From Hamiltosporidium tvaerminnensis FI-OER-3-3 (taxonomy: Eukaryota; Fungi; Microsporidia): DNA of 64,000 nucleotides. Position numbers and translations under genes: made by a program. Each line of letters begins with the position of its first letter. Position 1 is the first letter of the stretch. The notes under the pieces were generated by a model. That model did no database searches. It worked only from the letters and a program-made list of their open reading frames with translations, and was not told where the DNA came from. The stretch lies in contig CM061250.1 of NCBI GenBank assembly GCA_022605425.2, positions 434,001 through 498,000 of the forward strand, given 5' to 3'. Of the stretch, positions 13,590 to 28,149 are shown piece by piece.

Positions 13590-15119
13590 AATTTAAAGAA
13601 AATTAGGGATTGAAATAATAAATTTGCGGTTTTTCTAAATTAGGTAATTTATTAACTAATTTATACTTTGAATTCGAAGGATAGAAGGAAAGTGGAAAAT
13701 AATTTCTATAAAATTAATTATAAAAAGGTTATAGGGAAAAATAAAGGGGTTCGGCTTACTCTTTATGAAATATATATTTACCGTTTTATTTTATTCACTT
13801 CAAATTTTAAAAAAATCTGTTATCTTTAAAAACCATTATACCTTACTTAGAATACAATCTCGGTTGTCACAATATTTAAATCAATCCTTAAAGACATAAA
13901 AACATCATATATGTAGACCAAAAGCATCATTTTTCAAATAATTTTTGAAAAGATATACGAGTTTACTTCTTTCGAAACTCTTGCTCTATAAAATATGAAA
14001 CCTGTATTCGATAATCATTGATATTTCTTATATTAATACATTATCTAGAATGATTTGATATCACATTTTTGTTCTAGTCATAGGCAATGATATTTATTAG
14101 CCTGAAAAAAATAATAGCTAAGCCTTGATTTATCCGAGAATTGTGTTTATTTCTAAAGAACGGAAATTAAAATAAAAAAAACAAAAGATTAGTTTTCCGT
14201 TGCTTTTGACTGTTTTTGGTTTTTGTACATATAAATGTATTGTTTACTCGGTTATATGTTAAATTTTAGAAAACTAAATTGTTAATAAGTATTGTTATTT
14301 AACGATAATAGGCATCCATAAGATTTATTCTAAAATAGAAATATGAACCCATTATTTATTTTAGATAAAGCCATTTCTATCTAAAAAAATAATTTTAAAA
14401 AAAGAAAAGTGAAAATACTAATCAAGAATTCTGAAAATTTTTTAATTATTTTCTTCTAAAATATAAATATTTTGAAAAAAAATTTAAACCAATTTTAACA
14501 GAAAAGAAAATCATTCTATAAGCAATTTGCTACAAATATAACTTATAAAGTTATAGTATTGTTCTGTTCTGAATTCATTTACTATTCAAATTATTTCTGA
14601 TAGTAGTGAATTTGGAAAGTAAATTTGTATGATAATGTCGAAAAATTGAATAGGCAGTAAAAAAATTTACAAATTATTTAAAAAGTTTAGAAAAAGCATC
14701 TTTTAGTCTTGAAAAAGGTTTTTAATTATTTTAAAAATATAATATATAAAATTTAAATGATTTTAGTGATTCTTGTAATATTGTTGATATAGGCTTATAC
14801 ATGAATTTCAACATACCTATATATTTTTGAATTAATGCCCCCTATATGATTATATACAGAATTATTTTGCCAAATAACTACCAACGGCTTTATTAAAAAT
14901 CACAACAAAGAATTCGTATGATAAAAACGTTCATGAAAAAAACCCCTTGGGCTTCGCGGTATATAACTTTATAATTTTAGGAATCAAAAACTTTTTTTGA
15001 TGCAAAAAATTAAATTCTTTTAAATCTATTATACTTAAAATTTTTTTTAGAAAAAAATGTATAGAATATGAGACACTTTATATCTTGATAATCAAGGTTT
15101 CCATTTTAATGAATTTTGT

Positions 15120-15380
15120 AGTTTATAGAAGCCAGTTATTAGACTCTTCTAAATTTCTAAAAGAAGGTGCCGTAATTTTCAGGAAGGCAGAGCTAAGTTT
15201 GAAGTACGTCTCTAACAGAGAGATCGTCTTCCTGCTCAATGTTCGTTTGTTATTGTGTAAAGAATTGTATTTATAAGTAGAATAATTGTCTTTATTGGTT
15301 TTATTCATCATGGCACACCCCTTCTTCTTATTTTAAAATATAAAATAAAAATATTTATTTGTGATATAACTAATATCACA
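15120..15380 (-). repeat. Dispersed repeat family C (terminus of an unidentified element), copy 1
   Basis: Reverse complement of 31361-31600; begins TGTGATATTAGTTATATCACA (self-complementary); both copies contain the short reading MMNKTNKD..Y..YK.NSLH. Confidence 0.75.
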
Positions 15381-15675
15381 GAGTTTTTTTTATTTTCGAT
15401 GCTATAGAATTTTTTATTGTCGTATCCATTACTTACTATAAAAATAAAGTTTAAAAGAGATATGCGATCCCGACAGCAATTATAAAATTATTGACCCGAA
15501 TACCTTTTTAATCTAAAACGTAGCAGTAAAATCTATTTAGCTGGCCAAAAAAATCATGAATTAGATTTTTCAGATTTATACAGCAACGTGAAAAAAAATC
15601 ACCAATCACAAAAATAAGAGAAATAATAAATAATTTAACAAAAGTCAAAATTCTGTATAGTTATACAACTTTTAA

Positions 15676-16210
15676 ATGAACAACTTTGCAAAAAAAGTTA
15701 GGCGATTTCGCTCAATTGAAAAGAGTTTTATATTTGAAATATACATCGATAGCTATAAGAAACCGAAGGTGATGATTCGTGAATTATCAAAGAACCTTAA
15801 AGATAATCATATTCTAAATCAAAGTAGATTGAAACGGAATATTTTATTGGTCTCCATACAATGTGAAAGGTTTAGGGGTGAACTAATTAATAATATAGGG
15901 CTGGTATATGAAGCTTTCCAACTACTTCGCCCTCTAAAAGATCTAAGCCTTACAGTTATATCAACAAAGAAGCTTTGACAAACATTGAGACTGATTTAAT
16001 AGACCTCGAAAGCGTAATAATCGAACGGAAGTTATTAGTAGATTTTACCCGCTTTGATAATTACTTAAAATGTATTTTTGCAGTGCCTAAGCAAATTTAA
16101 TCGGCGAGATACATTGCGAAAACCGTTGCGACGTATTTTACAAAGAAGGAATAATTTAAACACTGTATTTAAAAATAGGAAGAATTTTCTAGTATATATG
16201 TGAAATAATC
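15676..16210 (+). pseudogene. Decayed DDE integrase (zinc-binding + rve; Gypsy/Ginger-like)
   Basis: Remnants ...KDNHIL...EAFQLLRPLK, then ETDLIDL and FDNYLKCIFAVPK..SARYIAK, resemble the rve core QIDLID..DHFSKFxxxxPLKxKxAxEVA; disrupted by stops. Confidence 0.5.
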
Positions 16211-18222
16211 TTGTTTAAGCTTTAATATTAACGATTTGTTTTAGCTTTTCCTTTTTCTACGAATGGAACACAGTTTACTAGGTAATCAAAGCTCCACCAA
16301 GTTACTAGATTTCCAGTGCGTTTTCTTTTGATTGGTTAGGGTGCCAGTTCAACGCAGACTTACTTGAATGAAAGATAAAGGTTGTTCTAACTGGGGATAA
16401 ATGGTGTTTTCGCTCTTAGTCACATTTATTTTGGTATTTTTTTCGATTTGTTTTTTACACTATTCAGAATTTTAATTTATTTGATGTTATTTGAGTAAGT
16501 TATGCATAGAAATAACACTTACCATTTATTGTCAATTTATTCTTTCATAATGAAAAATTTCGAAAAAAAGATGGTGAATATGAAAGAAAAGACATAAAAT
16601 CATTATAATTGCTGGTATAACATAATTTAAATCTTTGTCTTGCTGCCTAAACACCTAATTTCTAAATATTTTGCTCGTTATGTATTTTGCTTTTTTACAC
16701 ATTTCAGAAACATTAAGAAAAGCTTTAACCAAGTAAATAGCTTTAAAATATTTTGATCGTTGTATTTCTGTTTCTTTTTCGGGTAAAATCTCCTAACTTA
16801 CCCTATAGTATGTTGTGGATACGACATTTATTAATTATATGTTATATGAAAAGGTTATATTTATTTGAAAAACAATCGTCTAGATATTGACTTTATTTGT
16901 AATGCGATTCAGAAAGGAAAGAAAAATACCTAGAGACACTATAACTTAATATTTTTGTCAAAGTGAATTTTGGATCCAAATTGTTTTTAGGTTGCAAAAA
17001 GTTGACTATTAACTCTTTCTGGTAACCTAATTGGGTCAGAGAGTTTCTAAACTAGTTAAAAGCGCAGAGCCTCTTTATTCCTGATCTAAAATCTATAATA
17101 TATGAAAAAAATTATGGCTTAATAAGTGATATTAATTCTAAGTGGTGGCAAAATGTATCGCTTAAGCCGCCTAAAAATTATAATAAAATCAAAGTGTTGA
17201 TTAAAAGAATAAAAATCATCAATAAATGCATGAAACAGACTCTAGTTTTTATGACAGTAAATGTGATTTGTGATAATAAAATGGCTTGTCGATATATCCA
17301 ATGCTTTCTTTATTTATTTTTTTTGTTTTGGAATTATATTACGTTTACAATTTTTCACAGAAGTTTATATCTGCAAACCATGATGTTAGCTACTTAATAG
17401 TTTAGGACATGAATAAATAAATAAAAAAATAAGGTTTATATATCTTTAAGCAGTAAATTTTCGATATAATTTAACTACTCATGAATAAATTTGATACTCA
17501 TAGGTTACCTTTTTCGTTATTCAAAAAAGCAATCAAATTTTTACTTACTCAGTCATCCTCAAAATATATATGCAAATATTACCGATTTTTTTAGCTTTTT
17601 GTTTGCTAGCATTGTGTATTTTTTTATTTCATTCTGTATTATTTATTAGCAGCTTGATCTGCATTCTATAGATGGAACACAATTCACATATAAATTACAT
17701 CTTTGTCAAGTTATAAGGCGTTTCATAGACATTTTTTTTGTTAGCTAAGTCTCTATCATCGAAACGTTTCGTATTATACTCACATTTAAAATGAATGGCT
17801 CTGTTTTCATAGCATTCATTGGTAATTTTTTTTGGACATGTTTTTTTTGCGAATAGATAGAAAAATTTCTAGAACATCGAAATAAATTTAACACAACGTA
17901 AAACATATATTTAAAATAATAAATCATTTGTTATAAGAAAATGCGTTCTGTTAGCTATAATAAAGCAAATGTATATAGCTAAGAATTTTGTACAAAAGTC
18001 ATCTTAATTTTAAAACTTCACAATTATTTAATAATTAGAAATTTTATTTTTAATGTTTATTATCTAGATTAATTTCTACTATTTATTTTACAATCTGATA
18101 TAAATTTAATGTTTAATAAATTAATATTCATAAAGTTTAACGGAATGGTTATAATTTTAAATAAAATAAGAAAAAGCCAAATAAAATAAAAATTTTAGAC
18201 ACTAGAAATCAATTCAATGGTT

Positions 18223-20067
18223 TTATTCAATAAAACTTGTAAAAATATGCCAGTTTTGACCCACAACTTTTTTTAATACCCGTATCAAGGCTGAGAGTAA
18301 CTGCTTTTCGAATATTTCATTATCATTCTCTTGAGACGGATCACTTCCATCCTTTCGAGATCGATTAATATCTTCTTCATAAAGTTTCAGAAGTGTACTT
18401 ATTACAAATTCAAGAAAATTTCCGATCGATTCTCCGCTCAAAGAAATTAATTTGCTTTTAATTTCGTTTTTCAAGAGAGAAACAGCCTTTGTTTTGTCTA
18501 AATCTTTTTTGTTGTTTTTAACTAACTTCGGAACATATTCTTTAATAAATACTGTCAAAAAATTTTCAATACATTCATTTATTTTGCCTTCCAAGAGAGA
18601 AACAGCCTCTGTTTTGGTTAACGATTCGTCTTTGTTTTGAACTAACTGTGGAAAATATTGTTTAAAAAAATCTGTCAAGAATTTCCCAATAAATTCATTT
18701 ACTTTGCCTTTCAAGAGAGCATCAGCCTCTGTTTTGATTAACGGTTCGTTGTTTTTTTCAACTAACTCCGGAACATATTCTTTAATAAAGTTTATCAAGA
18801 ATTCTTCAATGTATTCATCTATTGTGTCTGAAGATGTTGTAGTAACAGCCTCTTTTTTCCGGATTTTCTCTTTTCTATCTTCCAGCAGCCTTTCATATTC
18901 GGAATCAATACCTGTATCGATTTGTAGACTGTTTGAGATGTTAAATATATTGGTTTTGTTTGAAAGGTTCTCGAACATACTTTTGAGAATTAACAAGGGT
19001 GGTTTCCTGTTTTCTAAATCTTTTAAGATGTTATCTTTATTCTCATAAAACTCTTTCCACAGTGCATCACATGCAGAGCTTAACATGGAGATACCGAGGT
19101 TAAGAATAGGTTGCAAGTCATTTGTTTTTTCAATACTCGAAATCATTTGCTGTTTTAAGCAGAAAAGTGAACGGAGAAATGTATCCACATCTGAAGAAAT
19201 AAAATTAGTGATTGGGAGGAGGATAAAATCAGGGGTTTCGGTGATGATAAAATGCACGAAAAAATTAAGAATGTTAGGTAGACCTTTGCTTTTAACTACC
19301 CAATCTGTAAAGTTAAGAAAACATTCTTTTATATTGCTTTTACGTGATTTATACATAAAAAATAATAGAAAATCCATCCTTTTATCATTTTTAAAATCGA
19401 TTTTGACTGTAGAATTGTTTTCAGTTAAAAACTTTAGCGTTTCTGTTGGGCTGGATAAAGGAATATGAGTTGATTTGATATGCACGGTGTTGTTTGATAT
19501 ACACTGCTCCAAATAACCAAAGGGAATTTTGAAATTTAAAATGATCTTTTCTAAGCTTCCTATGTATTTTTGCAAAAAACGAATCGCATTTCCATTTTTA
19601 ACAAAGCGAAGCCCCATGCTTGCAAAGGAACTAGGTTCATAACTCTTCATGAATGCTTTAAGCTGGTTAACTTCAATAAAATATGGGAGAAAAACAATCT
19701 TTAAATTCTCAAAGTATGTAACATATTTTTGAAGTGCTGCTTGGGGTGTAATAACAGCGTCGCGGGTTGGAAAATAAATCATTTTTATTATTTCTTTAAT
19801 CGACTCAATATTTTTTATGCAAAAACTTATTGGAGGTACTGAGATGTTCGACTCAGTTTTAGTAAAAAGTGTAGAAATACTCTCACAATCGTTGAATTCT
19901 CGTAATATAGTAGCACCTTCCTTTGATTTTTTAAAATCTTCAAATTCTTTCATAAATTTCTTACTAATTTGATTCGCATTCAAATAAATCAAAGTAAAAA
20001 CTACTATCACAAGTAAAGACAAAAAACCAACAATAGCAAACAGTATTTTTTTCGTTTTCTTTTCCAT
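18223..20067 (-). CDS. 614-aa lineage-specific protein with N-terminal TM anchor and three 40-aa repeats
   Basis: Long intact ORF; basic N-terminus plus ~22 hydrophobic residues; CACCCCTTCA immediately before ATG; paralogous to 32605-34100. Confidence 0.9.
   Translation of the reverse strand: MEKKTKKILFAIVGFLSLLVIVVFTLIYLNANQISKKFMKEFEDFKKSKEGATILREFNDCESISTLFTKTESNISVPPISFCIKNIESIKEIIKMIYFPTRDAVITPQAALQKYVTYFENLKIVFLPYFIEVNQLKAFMKSYEPSSFASMGLRFVKNGNAIRFLQKYIGSLEKIILNFKIPFGYLEQCISNNTVHIKSTHIPLSSPTETLKFLTENNSTVKIDFKNDKRMDFLLFFMYKSRKSNIKECFLNFTDWVVKSKGLPNILNFFVHFIITETPDFILLPITNFISSDVDTFLRSLFCLKQQMISSIEKTNDLQPILNLGISMLSSACDALWKEFYENKDNILKDLENRKPPLLILKSMFENLSNKTNIFNISNSLQIDTGIDSEYERLLEDRKEKIRKKEAVTTTSSDTIDEYIEEFLINFIKEYVPELVEKNNEPLIKTEADALLKGKVNEFIGKFLTDFFKQYFPQLVQNKDESLTKTEAVSLLEGKINECIENFLTVFIKEYVPKLVKNNKKDLDKTKAVSLLKNEIKSKLISLSGESIGNFLEFVISTLLKLYEEDINRSRKDGSDPSQENDNEIFEKQLLSALIRVLKKVVGQNWHIFTSFIE
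18460..18822 (-). repeat. Coding tandem repeat, 3 x 120 bp
   Basis: IDEYIEEFLINFIKEYVPELV... / VNEFIGKFLTDFFKQYFPQLV... / INECIENFLTVFIKEYVPKLV...; DNA period of exactly 120 (compare 18481, 18601, 18721). Confidence 0.9.
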
Positions 20068-23000
20068 TGAAGGGGTGACAAAAAAAACGTATTTGTAGTT
20101 TTATAATTAACCCAAAAAAGAAATTATTCTGGCAATTTACTAAAAATAAAATTTTTATCAAATTTTTTTAAATAAAAAATATAATTTATTATTTCGGAAT
20201 TTAAAAATCAAAAAAATATCTTTTTATGGCTTATAAATCATCAAAATTTCTTCATCAATGATTTTGAATTTAAAAGATCTTTAATTACTTTGATAATTCG
20301 ATCATTTAAAGGAGAATTAATAATTTAAAACAAATTAAAATTATTTAAATAATATATTTTTTTTTGTAGTACACATTCATTTATCAATAAATAATACTGC
20401 TTTTTAATTTTCTATTTAATTTTTTTTCACAGCAAATTACTATTTGTTTGTAATACACATGAATGTATTTTATAAATTTTTTAAATGTACTCAAATTGAA
20501 TTTCCATGCATTTTTAAGAATATAAAAATTACTAAAAACTTATTGTTTCTTAAAAGAGAAATAGTAATTTTAACAATAAATTTGCAATTATTTTTTTCTA
20601 TTTTTAGTACAATAAAAGTTGATTTACGCGACTTAATATATTTAAAAATATTTATAAAAAAATAGTATTTTACTTTCTAGCAAAAATATTCAGCTGAATT
20701 CATTAAATATTGAACTTTACTTAAAATTTAAAGGCTTCTTTCTCATTGGTATATCATTATCTTATTTTAAATCTACTGGAAATTAAATATTAGAAATGTT
20801 TACAACAACTGCTAATTTGTATTTGTATTAAAGTTTTTGAAGATTTTAAATGTGTTTTTTTGTTGGAATTAGAGTTGAATTTCTAATTAGATAAAGCGAT
20901 TGTATCTGATTATTTTAAAGTGAGTGATATATTATATATCTTAAATAAGATTTAAGTTAATTGCAAAACTTATTATATTGGAAAATGAATTTAAATTCTG
21001 TTAATAATTTACGATTTTTATCTATCAAATACATTTTTAGATTCAAATTTACAATCATAAAATTTAATGGTTTCTTAAAAAAAAATGATTTTCATAAATT
21101 AATATGAGATCAACTAATTTAATTATATTCTACATTCATCATAAAGATGATCCATTAAACTAGTTTGATACTAAATTTCGAAATATTTCTTTAACCTTTG
21201 ATGATATTCTGAATACAATACGTAATTTTTCTATGAGTTAGATGAAACCGTACCACCAAAAGTAGGAAAAGAAGTTTCGTTATACATTTGATGATTCTAA
21301 AGACTTTTTTTTGTGTTAGAGTTCTTCGAATTATGAAAACCGGAATAAGAAAATGGAATTTGGTAATTTCTAATCAATGATATGTTCGTAAAATTTCTTA
21401 ATTACTGGAATAAATATGCAAAAAATTTTTGCAAGATATAAGTTCGAGTATTTATCGCAATAAATTACATTTTTAACGATATATTACGATTCAAATCATA
21501 TAATGTAATTCGAAAACACAGGAACAAAAAGAGAAAATTTTTTAGAAATGAACTCAGCATATAGATCTATAATCAAAGAACAATCTAATTTAAATACTTG
21601 TTTTTTGTCTATGTGTTAATGAAATATTGTAATCTTTCATAAAATTTTAGATCATTAAAATTAAAGACGATAATTATTAAAAAATAAATTCATTCTAAAT
21701 TTAGCAAAATAATACAGAAAGTAATATGTTTGTTTAATTTTGAGATTTCAGATTATCGAAACACATGATTTATAAAAAAAAATTCGAATCTTGTCTTAGG
21801 AAGATTATTCTTGCAAAAAATAAAACAAACTCTGCTATTTTTTTATCAAATTGTTGTAAATTGAAATTTATAAAAAAAATTAATTTATCTTTTTAGAAAC
21901 AATCCATTGTTGGCATGTATTGGTGTAAATCACAGACTAATATTGCGCTTCCTGCAATCTTTCTTCCTTCAATGTATATATTACTTTAAATTATATCGAA
22001 TAATATTTACTGAATTAAAATTGCAGGCTTTAGAAGCTAAACAAAAGAAAAAAGCTACAGAAGAAGTTATATGTGTGAAAATGTAAAATTTGCGCCAAAA
22101 AGAAATAACAAATACCGTAAGTAAAAAGGCGCCGTTTTATCATGCAAAAAACACTCTATAAATAATAAAAACACTGTACAATACACTAAATTGTTGGCAA
22201 TATAGCAAATAATGGTATACTAATCAATCACTTATCTGTTTATATCTTGGCGTGCATTTCATTGCATAAAATGACGAACCAATAAATTTCTGTTTTACTT
22301 GCAGAAAAAAGCATAAAAATACACCAAGTATCAAACTCGTCGCCGCCTATTAACAAAAAGAGTCTCCGCTTGATTTTTTTTGAAGCTGAAGAGCTTGGAA
22401 AAAATTCTTAAACAACTAAACATAAATTTTATGCTCTAAACCATGAAAATTGCATTGTGTAGGGTCTATGGTCTATCGATATTCCAAAAAATATGCAATA
22501 ATAGAGAGAAAGATAAATGTATTGAAATAAAATTGTGACTATATAATGGTAATTTAATCGTACGTTCCATGCTGATTTGAAGACCGGTTCAGTCTTAATC
22601 TCAGAATACAATTTAATTTGGTAAAATTAGAAAAAATCAGAGAAATTAAATTTCAAAATTGGTATCTAAGCTTAAAAGTGAATTATTCGATACTATATTT
22701 TTAGCCTTTTTATATCAAATATCTTGTGATTTGGCATACATCTTACCTTGTGTAAATCAATTGCACTGTACGTGACATCCAATGTCAATCGTGTGCTATT
22801 CAAAGCCATCATTAAAGTAGAAGCCTAATGTTGTCTCAAGCAGTTTAAAGATTTTTTTAATTTAAGAACTTCGCAAAACCTTTCACAATTTCAAAAAACC
22901 AATGTACTTAGATTTAAAAACAAAGTGATCTGTGCAATCATACATAATTCTAAATCAAATCAGAGCATAATAGTTAATTTCCGATTTTTAGCTGAAAAGC

Positions 23001-23399
23001 TTCAGTTGTTAGATCTTTACAGAAGTATCTTAAAATCTCTAAATTAAAGAATAAACTTCGAAACTATAAACATTCATATGCTATTAGTACTCTAATTAAT
23101 CTTGGGGTATTTTAGCATGTCAATCAAAGGTAGGCGTTATTGAAAATAAACTATGAGTTTTCTTTTGATGTGTAAAATGTAATATATAATAAACCATAAA
23201 ATAAATTTTAAATAATTTTCAGACATTTTTTCTATGTTTTAATGAATTAATTGTTGCAATAAATAAACCCAAGGTTTAAAGTCGCTGAATCAATAGTTTT
23301 TATAATTTTTCCATCTTAAAACATACCACTCATCAAAAATGTCTTTATGATACTTGAAATTTGTGTTCTGAAGGTAAATAGTGATGCAATGGTTTTACT

Positions 23400-24080
23400 G
23401 CAAAATTACATATTTGATTCCAAAAACCTTTTTGCAAAAATAGATCTCTCTGCTGATCAATCATCTAATAAAAAAATCTAATAATTCTGTTATAATAGTG
23501 TACCAAGGATTGTATATCTGATAAATAAGCGAAGAATACCAGTTGAAAATCCTCAAATTCTGGGGTTTGTGTGATTACCGAGAGAGAAAGTTTTGTTATA
23601 TGTCTCACAAGATTTAAAGCTCTGCCTAGTTCAAAAACAAAGCGAATTGATGCAAGAAAGCATATTTGTCACTGTAAATCATTTTTTTTACATATAATAC
23701 AACTAAATTCTGAACTTCTAGGATAGAGTCTTGAAATTTATTAAAGCAAAAATATCAGAAAAATTAAATTCTACTACGGTCTCGAAATCACGGCAAACAA
23801 ATTGGATATGGAAATTATTCAGATATAAAAAAGACAAATTTGGTTTATGTGATATGTTTGCATCTTTGAGCAATGAGGCTCAATCATTAATATAAGCAGT
23901 GATAATATATGTAGATACTGATTCCAGACATTATCATCTCTTTTTCATTGATGATCTTAAGCTTCTTACAAGATCTACAGACCTTAGGATTGTTATAGAG
24001 AGATAAATATGTTTAAAGAAAGATAATTTCAAAAATTTTCAAAAAAAAAACCATATTTGCAACAAGCCTATCATGTGAAA
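23400..24080 (+). pseudogene. Heavily decayed piggyBac-like transposase remnant
   Basis: Colinear degenerate motifs LSADQ (~23447), KFWGLCD (~23555) and FVTVNHFF (~23665) resemble piggyBac LTVDEQ, GIKFWxLCD and VTxDNFF. Confidence 0.4.
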
Positions 24081-26953
24081 AAAGCTCTGCTACTCGTCGA
24101 ACGGGTGGTTTTTCCCCTTTAAAAATTATAAGATTAGAAAATCGAAGAGAAAATTCAGACTAAAGTCGTTCAAAAAAGCACGAAGCAAAGTAATATAAGA
24201 GTTAAGACTCGCGAGATTTGGTTTAATTAAAGATAGTTATTTCATGCAATTAATCGAGATGAAACATTATGGGTATATAGTTGTATAATAATGCAACGAT
24301 TTTTACTGGTAGTAATTTGTAAGATAAATGATTCAGAACATTTGGTGATATTGAACACAAACGAGCTTCTTCGATAAAATGAAACTAGTTTTTACTGGAT
24401 TCACAAAAACGAATCCGAAGAGTTCTAAATTTATTTAAAAACAACTGATACAAGCGCCGGGAATTTCAAATGTTCTGAAAAAATTAAAAATATCGTATGC
24501 AAAAATTCACATTTTCATGACAAAAACGCTAATACATTCCATTTTTAAACGTAAAGGTTTCTAATTGTATCATATTAGCCAAAGAAGAAGTTTCCCAAAA
24601 TATATTATAAAAGTTATAACGGGAAATTTATATATCCAATTCGAATAACGAATCACCATTCTTAAATATTCAAACCAAAAAAATAACTTTTAGGTATTAT
24701 TGAATTTTTAAGATGGCTTGTAAAACAGAGTATAAAATCTCTTATTGAGGCTGTAGTCTTATTAAGAATAAATATCTATTCCTGTGAGCTAAATAAAAAT
24801 TTAAAGATTGAAATCAATTCTCAAAACAAAAAATGATCTACAACCTTGTATTATAAAATTTGAGCGGTGCTATAATACATACGCCTTAAAAAATGTTTCT
24901 TTTTTATTTCATTTTCTAATATATACATGTTAAGAGCAGCAAGAAGAATAAAGCTTTGATAGGTTTACGTCATCAATAAAAAATATTTTTGAAAGATTAG
25001 AGGTGGGCAGCGGAATAATAAAATGTCGAGATTCGAAACAATCGCATAGTATATATCTTTGATGAGAGAAAAATTAGGTCATGTGTTTTGAGTTATGACA
25101 TCTCACAAGATAAATTGCAACTAATACAACTACAAAACTTAGAGACTATGATATTTCATAAAAAAGTTACTCTTATTAATAATCCTAGGCTTAGATAGTT
25201 CTTTTTGGATAATATCGCGAAAAATCTTAACAAAATATCTTAAAATGAAATTAAAATGCTAAAAATACTCCGGAATGTTTAGAAATGTATCAGACTACTC
25301 TATAGTACTCAAAAATACAGTCAGAGCATTTTTATAATTTACAGAGAAAACTTAGGTCAAGAACAAATATTTAAGAGAGTTGGAATCATTATAAATGAGT
25401 CTCGGGTAAGGGACTGAAATGAAAAGGACATCAAAAAAACTCCTACGAAAATCAAGTAAGGAAAAAATTACTTAGAAAGGTAAAATAAAAAACGTTTTAG
25501 TCCTTAATTGTAGTCTAAAAAAATTGAAGAACTGTTAATAGAAAGAAACAAAGAATCGGATAAACAAGGTTGAATAAAGATGTAAAAACAGTGAAAGAAC
25601 AATAAAATAAGAAAATTTCAATCTAGGATTTAATCAAAAAACAAAGTAATTTTTTTAATTTTGTTTTCCAATCAGATATTATTTTGTTAGATGATTTTTT
25701 TTCCAATTTTATAAAAATCGTAATTTATCCGTATTATTATAATAGTCTGAGTTATAAATATCTTGTCGATTTATATATTAGATTTTCTCGATAAAAATAT
25801 ATATTTCTAAATTATTTGAAGAGTCAAACACAAACCTTATATCGTTTTTAGATGCTTTGCAATACGTATTTATAAAAATTTAAATTAATTATCACACAGG
25901 GGTAGAATTTCACTATTAACTGACAAAAGCTCAATTAAAGAATTAAACATTCGAATATTATAGTATTCGCTTAATTTAGCAGCTTAAAGTCTACTATTCT
26001 AAATATAAGACAATCGATATCATATAAATTATTAAAATACCAAAATCGAAGTTTAAATTATACAATTAGTAAGATTATTCAATCTCTTATAGTTAGAAAT
26101 ATCTTTATACAAGCCTGTGTAGATTATTTGTTGGTGATTATGAATTTAAGTGGATTTAATGATCTTTTAAAAATCTGTTTAATATATTATAACAAAATTA
26201 CCTATTATGGCAACTAATTTTTATTGCGGTTATTTTAGAATTTCAAATGAATTGGAATCAAATCTAGATTACCATATAGTTTCTAAAGACATAATACAAT
26301 ATAAAGATTTAATTTGTTACAAGATATACATTTTGAATATTTATCTTAAAAATATAAATTAATTAAGACTTAGATTTAATTTGGCAATCAATCCTTATGC
26401 TTTAGTCAAATTAAAAAATGGCTTTGAATACAATTGCGATCAAAAACCATAGATTTTTAATTTGATTAAAAAATGATTTTTTTTACAAATTTTATTTGTT
26501 TTTCTATTATACCTCATCTGTTCTAAATTATCCAAAACTAAAGACTTCTACTATTTCAGTTATTATTAAATTGATTTAAGAAACCTTTCTGATGATATTA
26601 TAGCAATTATGTCTAGGCACATGTCTTATAACTTCCTCAAATAATATAAATCATTTTTAGTTTAAATGCACCATTTTGAGCTCTTAATTTATTTATATTT
26701 AAGCCACATATTTTTTGAACTAAGAAAATACCTTTTACTCAATCCTTTAAATATTTTCGAAAAATTTGCCATTTATTGCTTTAAATGTTGATACAAGTTT
26801 TATTTTAAACAATAAAGTTTCATTAAGTAAAAAACCAATTAAAAAAGTGTGCTTAGATCTATTTTAATTATAAAATGTTTCAGCTCTAAAAACTAGACGC
26901 AAAATTATTCATAAAATTTTTTTATTTAAAATTAACTTGCCAAAAATAGAATT

Positions 26954-27694
26954 TTATTTATTACTGTTCATATATGGTTTATAGACCCATTCTTTCTCTC
27001 CTTCACAATTAAAAGTACCTTTTCTAATTTCATATAATTTAGCATTGAATTTACATCCGTCTTCTATAACTTTATTTGTAAAATATTCTCTGAACATCAA
27101 CATATTGTCTTTCCAAAAAAGGCAAAGAAATCGATTGCTTTTATTACATTGCGGAAATAAAATTTTCCACGTTTCTTTAGCTTTTTCCCAGATTTTATCT
27201 TCTCCCTCACATATTAAAAATACATTTTTACCAATATTTTTCACATCTTTTAGTAAAAAATTGTGTATGGAATATTTATAAATAACACCCAAACTAAAGT
27301 AACAAACTATCATACCAGAAGGTATACCTTTGTTTTCTGTTAAAACCATTATTGCACAATTATTTTCTTTTCCAATTCTATCTAATTCTTCGATATTCAT
27401 ATTTCCTCTTTTAAGTAAAGTTGCGGTTGGAAATGTTAAAGAAATATGTTTTGCAAATCTCATTAAACTACTTGAAGGATCTCTAGAAGTTGTAACAAAC
27501 AACGAAATGCATTCCATCGTTTCTATTGGAGATGTAAATATTATCTCTTCTAATACATCTTTAGCTGTATCTCTCAATTCATATGGAATTTTTTTGTTGT
27601 CATTTAAACATTTAGAAATTAGATTTTTCTTATTTTCATACTCTTCATTCTCTTTTCGTAAAAGATAATCACGCTTTTCTCGTAATCTTGCCAT
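26954..27694 (-). CDS. IMP4: U3 snoRNP protein Imp4 (Brix domain)
   Basis: REKRDYLLRK, KIPYELR, VTTSRDPSSSLMRFAK, LYEIRKGT, EWVYKPYMN match Imp4; start moved to ATG 27694 (ACCACCCAT-ATG). Confidence 0.9.
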   Translation of the reverse strand: MARLREKRDYLLRKENEEYENKKNLISKCLNDNKKIPYELRDTAKDVLEEIIFTSPIETMECISLFVTTSRDPSSSLMRFAKHISLTFPTATLLKRGNMNIEELDRIGKENNCAIMVLTENKGIPSGMIVCYFSLGVIYKYSIHNFLLKDVKNIGKNVFLICEGEDKIWEKAKETWKILFPQCNKSNRFLCLFWKDNMLMFREYFTNKVIEDGCKFNAKLYEIRKGTFNCEGEKEWVYKPYMNSNK

Positions 27695-28149
27695 ATGGGT
27701 GGTAAGACACAACCGTTATTTTTACAATAAATAAAATATTTTATTTCTAAATAAATCTTAACATGGAAATTACTTCGAAAAATTTCTTAAACAATTATAA
27801 AAAGATATTTTCTTTAAAGATTCGTAATATTTTAGTGAATGAGTAAATTTAAAATAAGAAATTTTTAGTTCAATTCAGCATTTTTTCAATAATAATCTAT
27901 TTCCATAAATAAAAAAAAATTGTAATTTTGTTTCGTAATATTAAAATTGTTTTCTTGTTAAAATTAAAATTTTAAGTTAAATTATACATTATTTTCAAAA
28001 TTTTTATTTATTAATTGGAATTTATGGTTTTTTTTATCCGTTTGTATTTAAAAAAATATTCTTTGTAATATAAAATTTTTCATCTAAAAATGAAGAATTG
28101 ATTGTAAATCACCACTTAAAAAATATTCTGATAATATAAAATGTGAAAC

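Noticed and set aside
18452-19468. Plus-strand ORFs antisense to the 614-aa gene (and similar shadows over IMP4, 41535-42263 and DER1)
   Set aside because: Antisense shadows of real CDSs with no independent evidence
21140-21600. Possible second hAT remnant (NISL, YELDET)
   Set aside because: Two short motifs only; boundaries cannot be defined
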